A stretch of DNA of 64,000 bases from a virus (Duplodnaviria > Caudoviricetes): the IMG/VR virus record IMGVR_UViG_3300028601_000020; one strand, 5' to 3'. A program made the translations under genes and the position numbers. Every line of letters begins with the position of its first letter. The stretch's first letter is position 1. This document shows, piece by piece, positions 27,743-35,695 of this stretch. Under the pieces are notes generated by a model that was given only the letters and a program-made list of their open reading frames with translations, was not told the origin of the DNA and ran no database searches.

Positions 27743-28484
27743 AATGCCATCTTCTCATTGCTGGTATTCCGCCTGATTTTCCGCAATGGGGGCAAACAAT
27801 TTTAGGTTTTATTTTTCCTTTGTTTTTTGATTGTTTTCCTAATTTAGCAAGTCTCGTTTTATTCCTTGTTTCTTCTGAAATATGTTTACCAAACATAGGA
27901 TTATTTTCACCAGATTTTGCTTTGCTCATTTTTTGTTTTGTTTCTTCAGACATGACTTTTCCATTATGAGAATCGCTCATTTTTTGTTTAGTTTCTGAAG
28001 AGTGATTTTTTCCAAACAGAGGATGATTTACCCCAGTTTTTGCGATTCTCATTTTTTGTTTTGCTTCTTCAGACATGACTTTTCCTTTATGTGCTTTACT
28101 TAATCGCTGTCTTGTTTCTTCTGATTTTATTATGCCTTTATGAGAATTGCTCATTTTTTGTTTAGTTTCTGAAGAAATTTTTGAAGCACCATAACCGCCT
28201 CCAATAACATTATATGTGTCGGTACGATTAATAAAATTTTCATCAACAAGTTCTTTCTCTTTCTGGTATGCTTTCTCAGGAGTATAAAAGACATGAAGAG
28301 TTTCACGGATGAAATTCTCTTTGCCGTATTTCTTTATTGCTCTGTTGATTCCAACCCCTGAACCGAAATATCCATCAAATAAAATGGGGAAATGAAATTT
28401 CTGTTTATGTTTGCCAATATAAAATTTTCCGTTGACAAGATTGGTAGTTTTGTATACAATATAAATATGTTTAGATTCTGACAT
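27720..28484 (-). CDS. GIY-YIG (Seg-like) homing endonuclease with NUMOD3 repeats, antisense
   Basis: IYIVYKTTNLVNGKFYIGKH...YFGSG; SEETKQKMS repeats; CPHC tail. Confidence 0.92.
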   Translation of the reverse strand: MSESKHIYIVYKTTNLVNGKFYIGKHKQKFHFPILFDGYFGSGVGINRAIKKYGKENFIRETLHVFYTPEKAYQKEKELVDENFINRTDTYNVIGGGYGASKISSETKQKMSNSHKGIIKSEETRQRLSKAHKGKVMSEEAKQKMRIAKTGVNHPLFGKNHSSETKQKMSDSHNGKVMSEETKQKMSKAKSGENNPMFGKHISEETRNKTRLAKLGKQSKNKGKIKPKIVCPHCGKSGGIPAMRRWHFNNCPQQ

Positions 28485-28568
28485 GCTATACCTCGAATAT
28501 AGATGTTGGGGTTTAGTCTTTCACAAGAATTGGCGTTCTTGTGAAAGACGTTATACATAGTATTTATA
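28485..28568 (-). promoter_or_regulatory. Late promoter plus structured leader of the GIY-YIG gene
   Basis: TATAAATA (28561-28568, minus strand), 14-bp hairpin 28516-28549, small ctata/tatag stem around the SD. Confidence 0.75.
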
Positions 28569-28606
28569 ACAATTAACAATTAACAATTATTAAAAAGATG
28601 AAAAAG

Positions 28607-28945
28607 ATGAAACATTTTAGTTCGTTTATTGTTGAAATGTCCGAGGAAATTCTTGATGCCGAAGTAACTTTTACTCCGTATGATGTAAAGACAGACAAAA
28701 ACGGAAAAGTAACTTCATTTAAAATCAGAACCGCTTTTGAAGAAGGACGCAATTCCATTGTCATGAAAGACAAAGGACTCGAACGTGCATTTATTGCGTG
28801 GTACGGAGAAGCAAAAATTAAAAAAGCACTCGAAAAAGGTGGCGTTTCTTCTCTTCACAAAACCGAAGTTTATTCCAGTATTTCAAATAAAGGACTTGAT
28901 ATGTATATTTACTTTGATAATAAGAAAATATCGCTTAAAGTATAA
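28607..28945 (+). CDS. Hypothetical protein with capsid-targeting-like leader
   Basis: Starts MKHFSSFIVE. Confidence 0.7.
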   Translation: MKHFSSFIVEMSEEILDAEVTFTPYDVKTDKNGKVTSFKIRTAFEEGRNSIVMKDKGLERAFIAWYGEAKIKKALEKGGVSSLHKTEVYSSISNKGLDMYIYFDNKKISLKV

Positions 28946-28957
28946 GGATAAACAAAA

Positions 28958-29539
28958 ATGGCATGGCATATTATAGAAGAAAAACCCAATTGGGAATATT
29001 CTGATACTCCAAACACAGATAAAAAACCAATTGATCATTATGATTATGATAATAATGCGGTTCATGTAAATGGAACGAAGCATGTTTTTTCTGGTGAGAA
29101 ATTTGTTTTAGCAAGACAGCGTTTTCATGAACATCCGGGACATGGAGAATTGTATGTGAAATATGCTCCAATTACGGCGATTTATGATTCTGGAATTCTT
29201 TCTTGGGTGTATACTCTTCCTGATGATATAGAAATAAAAAATGCAACTGGGTGGGAAGCAGGAGAAGCAAATTTGTTTTATGACGCAAGCGGAAATCCAA
29301 TATCAGTAAGTGGGACCGATATACTGGACGATCAATTTATAAATACTTGGAACGTGTTTTTTGTTGAAGTTGATGAAGTATTAGAAACAGGAAGATTGAT
29401 AATCTATCCAGAAGATATTTCTTATACTGAAGCCGCTTCGTTAATGCGAAAACATGATTTGCCCGTGATGAAAACTTTATATATAGATTATTCACCATTA
29501 ACTATTAACGGTGATATTTTAACAATAAATCAAATTTAA
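28958..29539 (+). CDS. Hypothetical protein, possibly virion-associated, upstream of the DGR target
   Basis: 193-aa ORF with AAGGA RBS. Confidence 0.7.
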   Translation: MAWHIIEEKPNWEYSDTPNTDKKPIDHYDYDNNAVHVNGTKHVFSGEKFVLARQRFHEHPGHGELYVKYAPITAIYDSGILSWVYTLPDDIEIKNATGWEAGEANLFYDASGNPISVSGTDILDDQFINTWNVFFVEVDEVLETGRLIIYPEDISYTEAASLMRKHDLPVMKTLYIDYSPLTINGDILTINQI

Positions 29540-29548
29540 GGAAAGAAT

Positions 29549-30904
29549 ATGCCTAACATTGATACAAATGCGAAACCTCTAACGGGGTTTAATTCAAAGG
29601 TTTTTGGTATGGATTCGTCTGGAACGCCGGGATGGATTCAAGCATCTTTTTTTGCTCCTGAAGTGTATTCAATAGGAATTCCCGGAACGGCGGGGTTTGG
29701 GGTAGGGGTTGCTCCTGAATTGCCGGATGGTATGTCTCCTCTCCCCGGAACGAATTCTGTATTATCTCCAGAATTCGGGAATTATCAATATTCAGACGGG
29801 TCAATTTGTTGTTTCGTCCCAACGTACTTTTACAAGTACGGAACAGGATCAAACGGTCTCTCAGTAAACCAAGTTGACATTAAGCCGTACTCGTTTTTCA
29901 ATAGTGTAGCCGAAGCAAACGCAAATGGGTATACTGTTCACCGAGCGTTTTATAATGGCGGGGTGTTGCGAAGGGGCTATTTTCTTGATAAATGGCATAA
30001 CTCTGCAAATGGAACGGTTGCTAGTTCATTGAAAAATGGAATTCCTATTTCTTCGGCAACAAGAGGTACTTTGATTGGCCAAGATTTCGCTTCTTTGGGA
30101 GTCGCCGCAAATTATTCAGGAGCGATTGATCTTGCCAAAAAACGTGGACCGGGGTGGCATTGTGCAACATTGTTCCAGTTTACGGCCGTTGCATTAGCAC
30201 AACTGGCACACGGGCAAGCGTCAACAAACAGTACTTATTGTGGTTGGTATGATCCTGCTGGAGTAACGAATTTCCCGAAAGGATACAACAACAACGCATA
30301 TAAAGATCATCTGGACGCAACGGTTATTTATCAGCCAGACGGCAGCGGTACTACATGCGGATTGACTGGTTCAGCTAGTATCCCTTCAAAGGTTTCCCAT
30401 AATGGCCAAGAATGCGGCGTGATGGATTTGAACGGACTGGTATATAACATTGCACTTGGTTTGACTTCTGATGGAACAAATTATTATATTTTGAAGCCAG
30501 ATGTTAATATTAGCGCATTGACTTCTGGAGCATCGTTATCAACAGATGTGTGGGGAGCATCGTCGTATGCAGCGAATTACACGAACGTTGGATCTTCTTA
30601 TGGTGCAATGGACAACGCGGCCGTTAATAAAATAATGGGCAGTGCAAATCAAGTTTTAAGTGAAGATGTAAGTGGTTTAGGCTGGGAAATGACGGGGGCA
30701 GGAATTCCGTTGCTTAATGGCGTGGGAGGAAGTAATATGTTTGGCAATGATTATTTTTATCCTAAATTGGTTTCCGCATTGTGTCCGGTTGTTGGTGGGC
30801 GTTGGAACTCCACTGCGTCTGCTGGTTGTTGGGCTTTGATTTTGGATACTTCGCGTGCTAATGCGAACTTCGGTGTTGGGCTTCGCTCTGCCTTGTATCT
30901 TTGA
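29549..30904 (+). CDS. DGR target protein (probable CLec-fold receptor-binding or fibre protein) with C-terminal VR
   Basis: HNGQECGVMDLNG and the terminal GGRW...AG...GLRSA pattern typical of CLec DGR targets; VR matches TR. Confidence 0.9.
   Translation: MPNIDTNAKPLTGFNSKVFGMDSSGTPGWIQASFFAPEVYSIGIPGTAGFGVGVAPELPDGMSPLPGTNSVLSPEFGNYQYSDGSICCFVPTYFYKYGTGSNGLSVNQVDIKPYSFFNSVAEANANGYTVHRAFYNGGVLRRGYFLDKWHNSANGTVASSLKNGIPISSATRGTLIGQDFASLGVAANYSGAIDLAKKRGPGWHCATLFQFTAVALAQLAHGQASTNSTYCGWYDPAGVTNFPKGYNNNAYKDHLDATVIYQPDGSGTTCGLTGSASIPSKVSHNGQECGVMDLNGLVYNIALGLTSDGTNYYILKPDVNISALTSGASLSTDVWGASSYAANYTNVGSSYGAMDNAAVNKIMGSANQVLSEDVSGLGWEMTGAGIPLLNGVGGSNMFGNDYFYPKLVSALCPVVGGRWNSTASAGCWALILDTSRANANFGVGLRSALYL
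30782..30893 (+). repeat. DGR variable repeat (VR)
   Basis: 112 bp colinear with TR 31378-31489; 17 mismatches, all at TR adenines. Confidence 0.97.
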
Positions 30905-30929
30905 GTCGTCTCGCGGTAGCGAAGACGAC
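30905..30929 (+). promoter_or_regulatory. DGR target-recognition hairpin / cruciform
   Basis: gtcgtc-tcgc-GGTA-gcga-a-gacgac immediately after the target stop codon. Confidence 0.8.
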
Positions 30930-30956
30930 ATAACACGAATAGATTTGGAGATAAGA

Positions 30957-31349
30957 ATGAACGTAAATTATGAAGCAACGTTAGATCATAAATACATAGA
31001 GTTTGCAAAGTTGCTTAATTGTTATCTTAATCATTTTCCTAAATTTGAAAAATATGCATTAACCCAAGAAATAAGAAAAACATCGTATGAAATGTATTGT
31101 TTGATGATTGAAGCCCAAAAAAGATATCACAAGAAAACAACTTTGTCTAATCTCAACATCAAACACGAACAACTTAGAATGTTGGTTCGCTTGGCTTATT
31201 CTCTTGAATATTTTAAATACAATGATGGTTCAAAAACGAACACAGAAGATAAAGCCACTCATAGATATTTCGCTTTGTCTCGGATGATAGATGAAATTGG
31301 AAGAATGATAGGAGGATGGATGAAGTCACTCAAATCTGAAAAGATATAA
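30957..31349 (+). CDS. avd: DGR accessory variability determinant
   Basis: FPKFEKYALTQEIRK...LRMLVRLA...IDEIGRMIGGW four-helix Avd signature, located between VR and TR. Confidence 0.93.
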   Translation: MNVNYEATLDHKYIEFAKLLNCYLNHFPKFEKYALTQEIRKTSYEMYCLMIEAQKRYHKKTTLSNLNIKHEQLRMLVRLAYSLEYFKYNDGSKTNTEDKATHRYFALSRMIDEIGRMIGGWMKSLKSEKI

Positions 31350-31377
31350 TGATGTTTGAAAAGGAATCATCTTAACA

Positions 31378-31489
31378 TGTCCGATTGTTGGTAGGAATTG
31401 GAACAACAATGCGAATGCTGGTTGTTGGGCTTTGAATTTGAATAATTCGCGTGCTAATGCGAACAACAATGTTGGGCTTCGCTCTGACT
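31378..31489 (+). repeat. DGR template repeat (TR)
   Basis: AAC/AAT-rich non-coding copy of VR between avd and RT. Confidence 0.97.
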
Positions 31490-31610
31490 CGGAACTACCT
31501 CGTATTCTAAAAAGAAATGGTGGATCCAAGGGAGATGGTTTCTTGGGGTTTCCCGAAATCGGTTTGGTATTATTTTTCTAGTAGGATTAAATTCTCGAAA
31601 GTCAAATGAT

Positions 31611-32597
31611 ATGAAGCGCGTAGGATTTTTGTTTGAGAAAACATTTACAAAAGAATCTCTTTTTGATGCGTATTTAGTTGCTTCAAAAGGAAAACACAAT
31701 AAAAGGCAATTCTTTGAATTTGAGAAAAATTTAGCACACAATATTGATTTATTATATGAATCAATTCATGACGGGTCATATAAACCGAAAAAATATTTTA
31801 AATTTGAAGTCTATGAACCAAAGAAAAGAACCATTTATGCTCCTGCTTTTAGAGACATTGTTGTTCAACATGCAATTTATAAAGTGATATATCCTATTTT
31901 CAATAAAACCTTTATTGATCAATCATTCGCTTGTAGAGTGGGATATGGAACACACAAAGCGGCAGATTATGCTCAAGAATCCATGAGAAAATCGGCTATT
32001 GATAGTTATACGATCAAACTTGATATACGAAAATTCTTTTATAGAATTGATAGAAGTGTTCTAAGAAAATTGATTGAAAAGAAAATTAAAGATAAACAAT
32101 TTGTTGATATCATGATATTGTTTTGCGACTATCCAGATCCTATTGGAATTCCAATAGGAAATTTATTAAGTCAAATTTATGCTCTTATATTTTTAAATCC
32201 TCTTGATCATTTCATAAAAAGAACACTTAAAATAAAATATTATTGCAGATACGTTGATGATTTTGTTTTATTTGATTTAACCTCTGATCAATGCAAATGT
32301 TGTTTAAATAAAATTCGAGAATTCATCAATAAAGAGTTAAACTTACAGCTTTCACACTATACAATAGCGAAAACAATAAAAGGAATAAATTTTGTAGGAT
32401 ATAGAACATGGAGATCAAAAAGATTTATTCGTAAAAGAAGCCTTTATATTTTTAAAAAAGCACTCAAAAATAAATTATATAAATCTTTGGCATCTTGTCT
32501 AGGACACGCAAAAAGAACTCATTCCTTAAAAAGAATGCTAACCATGATACAAGAGGAAATAAATGGCAATAATTTATCAGTACAAAAAACACATTGA
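31611..32597 (+). CDS. DGR reverse transcriptase
   Basis: EPKKRTIYAPAFRDIVVQHA, LDIRKFF, GIPIGNLLSQ, RYVDDF, FVGY. Confidence 0.96.
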   Translation: MKRVGFLFEKTFTKESLFDAYLVASKGKHNKRQFFEFEKNLAHNIDLLYESIHDGSYKPKKYFKFEVYEPKKRTIYAPAFRDIVVQHAIYKVIYPIFNKTFIDQSFACRVGYGTHKAADYAQESMRKSAIDSYTIKLDIRKFFYRIDRSVLRKLIEKKIKDKQFVDIMILFCDYPDPIGIPIGNLLSQIYALIFLNPLDHFIKRTLKIKYYCRYVDDFVLFDLTSDQCKCCLNKIREFINKELNLQLSHYTIAKTIKGINFVGYRTWRSKRFIRKRSLYIFKKALKNKLYKSLASCLGHAKRTHSLKRMLTMIQEEINGNNLSVQKTH

Positions 32598-32997
32598 TTC
32601 CGTTACTACAATTTATATAAAACTTCCAGAAGATACTATTTATAATGAACTTGCTGTAATTGATGGCATAACTTATGTTTCTGTTCCGGATAATGTTGTT
32701 CTTCCTGAACAACCAACAGAAATTTCCGTAACTGTTGCAGAAATAACAGATGATTTGCGATCCCGTTTAAGGAAAGAATCGGCTCATTTGCAATTGATTG
32801 ATAATCAATTCACAGAAAAACTACGGAAAAAATATTCCGTTGAAGATGAACTTTATTTCAGTAGGATTGCAATTGGTTTCCTTCTTGGTAAATATGTTTT
32901 TGAAGATGATGAAATGGGGTTGCTTTCTGAATATCAACAATTCGTTGAAGATTTGCGCGAATGGGCAAGGAACGAGAGAAAAAATCTTGGTTTGTGA
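32563..32997 (+). CDS. Hypothetical protein coupled to the RT gene (possible fibre chaperone)
   Basis: Overlaps the RT stop; LRKKYSVEDE motif; function inferred from position only. Confidence 0.65.
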   Translation: MAIIYQYKKHIDSVTTIYIKLPEDTIYNELAVIDGITYVSVPDNVVLPEQPTEISVTVAEITDDLRSRLRKESAHLQLIDNQFTEKLRKKYSVEDELYFSRIAIGFLLGKYVFEDDEMGLLSEYQQFVEDLREWARNERKNLGL

Positions 32998-33011
32998 GAC
33001 AATCATAAAAG

Positions 33012-33590
33012 ATGAATATTGAAACAAATTTGTGGATTACATCCGATCATCATTTTTTACATTCAAATATTGCAAAGTATTGTAACAGACCAGAGAATTT
33101 CAATAAAATTCTTGTGAATAATTGGAATTCTCTGGTTCATGATGATGATATTGTCTTACACTTAGGCGATTTTTCTGCTGGTGTTGGTTCTTATCCGAAC
33201 GGTTACAAGACACTAAAAATAATTTCTGCTTCTTTAAAAGGAACAAGATTTCTTATCAGAGGCAATCATGATCATAAACCAGTGAATTATTTCACTGATG
33301 AATTGTGGTTCAATGAAGTTTATCAACATTTTATTATTGACGAATACTTTTTCTCCCATTATCCTTTGGTTGTCTTTCCTAGTGATTCACGACGAATCAT
33401 GAACAAGAAAAAACATCTTCTTTCTGTTTTCAAGAAAGAAAAATGCCGGTATGTCATTCACGGACATACCCACGCTCCTCATCCTAACCTACCAAATCAT
33501 TTTAACGTTTGTGTTGATTTGCATGGTTACTCACCCGTTTTATTCTCCGACATAAAAAAATATTTTCATCAAAACAAAGAAATTGCTTGA
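33012..33590 (+). CDS. Calcineurin-like metallophosphoesterase
   Basis: SDHHF, HLGDF, RGNHD, SHYP, HGHTH, NVCVD. Confidence 0.92.
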   Translation: MNIETNLWITSDHHFLHSNIAKYCNRPENFNKILVNNWNSLVHDDDIVLHLGDFSAGVGSYPNGYKTLKIISASLKGTRFLIRGNHDHKPVNYFTDELWFNEVYQHFIIDEYFFSHYPLVVFPSDSRRIMNKKKHLLSVFKKEKCRYVIHGHTHAPHPNLPNHFNVCVDLHGYSPVLFSDIKKYFHQNKEIA

Positions 33591-33681
33591 AAAGTTCTTC
33601 TGGATAGTTTATTCTGTTTGTGAAAGTTAAGTGAGACGTTTGATTGAGTTGATTGAGTTGATTCTGAAAGAGAGGTTAATC
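33587..33681 (+). promoter_or_regulatory. Early promoter plus conserved leader
   Basis: TTGAAA-N17-TATTCT; leader nearly identical to 59785-59841. Confidence 0.75.
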
Positions 33682-33996
33682 ATGGGCGCAAAAGAAATGA
33701 AAGAGTCTTTAATCAAGTCGCGTGAAAATAATATTGCTCACCTTCGCGCTGCAAAACCTGACGGGCGTAAAAGTTATGGCAGTTACAAACCAGTGATTGT
33801 TTATCCGCCTGTTCCGGGTTCTGGATACGCAAAAAAGACAGAAGTTCTCTGTCGTGATTGGACCGAAAGCAAGTATGAACGCGGAGAAACGTTCAACACA
33901 AAAAAAGAAGCAGCCGCGTTTGCTGCCGGCGTCATTGAAGATCGTGTTGCCGCTCTTAAAAAAGACATTGAAAAAATTGAAGCGAGGTACAAATAA
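33682..33996 (+). CDS. Hypothetical early protein
   Basis: ATG after GAGGT in the leader; the track's upstream start lies inside the leader. Confidence 0.7.
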   Translation: MGAKEMKESLIKSRENNIAHLRAAKPDGRKSYGSYKPVIVYPPVPGSGYAKKTEVLCRDWTESKYERGETFNTKKEAAAFAAGVIEDRVAALKKDIEKIEARYK

Positions 33997-34202
33997 TGAA
34001 AGCACTAAGCGGTTGTGACTTTGTTCGTAACTCTAAATGGGATCCGCAAGAACGAACCGAAAAAGGTTGGGCTTTGTGGGCGAAGCGTGAAGCCGCTCGG
34101 TTGAGCAAACGAGATGGTTTCAAGTGGAATGCTTCACTTTGTCATATTGAGCGTGACGGCGAAAAAATGCTACGAATCAGTTTTGGGGGACAGCCAGAAT
34201 GA
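33996..34202 (+). CDS. Hypothetical protein
   Basis: Coupled ORF (TAATG). Confidence 0.6.
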   Translation: MKALSGCDFVRNSKWDPQERTEKGWALWAKREAARLSKRDGFKWNASLCHIERDGEKMLRISFGGQPE

Positions 34203-34426
34203 GTCAATCTATTATAAGAGACATGATCCGTGAACTTGAAAATATGATTCAGGACGCCGAATTTTTGAAAAAAGATGTTGACGATTACAATGAAAAATTT
34301 TATGATAGAGGCCAGCATCTTTCTTATGAAGAGCAAAAAGAAATTAATGAATTAAGCGAAAAACTTGAAACAGTTGTATATTCTATTCTTGATAATGAAG
34401 ATAATGGAGATGACGAGGAGGTTTAA
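34199..34426 (+). CDS. Acidic hypothetical protein
   Basis: Coupled ORF (ATGA). Confidence 0.6.
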   Translation: MSQSIIRDMIRELENMIQDAEFLKKDVDDYNEKFYDRGQHLSYEEQKEINELSEKLETVVYSILDNEDNGDDEEV

Positions 34427-34598
34427 CAGAATGACAATATCAAGGCGCTTGAAAAAGTTTGCATGGCAAGGACGGTTGCAATGGCATGAATCTGAAGATC
34501 GGTCGTGGTTTTATTATCGCTGCAAAGAAGCTGTACAACTTTATTTGTTTCTTCATGGTGATCATGAAGAATATTACATGCATGTTTAAGGAGAAAGT

Positions 34599-35687
34599 AT
34601 GGGAGGCAATATTTGCGTGAACGAAAATTATGCCGATGCACTTGATGTTCGGCAGCATAATCGGGAAAAGTTCATTTGTCTTTTCATGGGAATGATTGGA
34701 CATTTGAATTATCTTTTTAATGAAAAAGAAGATGAATTGATTTGGGATTTGTCTGTTCCGTTTAAGTATCTTGCAAGCGGATCGTCAAAATTTCTTTTTA
34801 CGAAAGACTTGTTTGATCTTTATGCAGCGAAACCGACTTTTGGAGATATTGATTTTTTTGTTCCGAAAGAAAAGAAAGATAAATTTATTTCTTTCATTGA
34901 TTCTCTGAAAGGAAGAGAATTGAGTCGGTATTTCACTTTCATTGGACACAACAAAGAAGGTAAGAAAGCGAATAATCAAATCAATTGCCTTTTCCGATAT
35001 TTTCCAGGCGAACATGCTCCGTTGAATATTCAAGTTGATTTTGAATTCGTTGAATTTCAAAAAGGAGCAATTCCATCCGTCTTTTCTGTGTTTTCTCGTT
35101 CGTCTTCATGGGAAGATGTTGAAATGGGAATTAAAGGGGTTCAACATAAATATCTTATCACTTCAATTTTTCAAACGGGACAACAGATTGACGGGATAAT
35201 CGTAACTCCCAAAAGCACAGAACAAAACTTCACTATTTCAAAGAAAATCATCAATCCTTCTGAATATTGCTTTTCCGTGTCTCATGGAGCAAGACGAAAA
35301 TTTTCATGGGCATTTACTGCTTATGGAAATGATTATTATAAAGAAATCCCGCCTAATGAACGTAAATATTTCAATGATTTGCATGTAATTTATGATTTAA
35401 TGTTTGAAGAATATGACATGTATTGTGAAGATATTGATTATTTGTGGTCATTTGTCGGAATTGTTAATATTATCAAAAAATTGCAGGTACCCGATAAACG
35501 AATTGAAAGAATCTTTCGGGCACTCATTGAAATTAATTTTGGAAAGAAAGCGCAGAAATTGAGTCGTGATCCTAAGGTGGATGCAGAAATTAAATTGAAT
35601 GCCGTAAAATACTTTGCAAATCATTTCAAATTTTTGTATTATGAAGCATATTTGGCAAAGATAAATCAGTATTATAAAAATTTCTAG
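34599..35687 (+). CDS. Putative Pol-beta-like nucleotidyltransferase
   Basis: MGGN start, SGSS...FGDIDF, IQVDFE acidic triad, KGVQHK. Confidence 0.65.
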   Translation: MGGNICVNENYADALDVRQHNREKFICLFMGMIGHLNYLFNEKEDELIWDLSVPFKYLASGSSKFLFTKDLFDLYAAKPTFGDIDFFVPKEKKDKFISFIDSLKGRELSRYFTFIGHNKEGKKANNQINCLFRYFPGEHAPLNIQVDFEFVEFQKGAIPSVFSVFSRSSSWEDVEMGIKGVQHKYLITSIFQTGQQIDGIIVTPKSTEQNFTISKKIINPSEYCFSVSHGARRKFSWAFTAYGNDYYKEIPPNERKYFNDLHVIYDLMFEEYDMYCEDIDYLWSFVGIVNIIKKLQVPDKRIERIFRALIEINFGKKAQKLSRDPKVDAEIKLNAVKYFANHFKFLYYEAYLAKINQYYKNF

Positions 35688-35695
35688 GAGGAAAT

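Noticed and set aside
30677-31741. Minus-strand ORFs over VR and TR
   Set aside because: Shadow frames of the repeats; their mutual similarity only reflects VR/TR identity.
31611-32597. RT as a retron or group II intron enzyme
   Set aside because: Avd, TR/VR and the GNLLSQ motif indicate the DGR class; no maturase domain or intron structure seen.
33631-33681. MRRLIELI N-termini on ORFs at 33631 and 59800 as a shared signal peptide
   Set aside because: They are translations of the conserved untranslated leader; the real starts follow the GAGGT RBS at 33682 and 59842.
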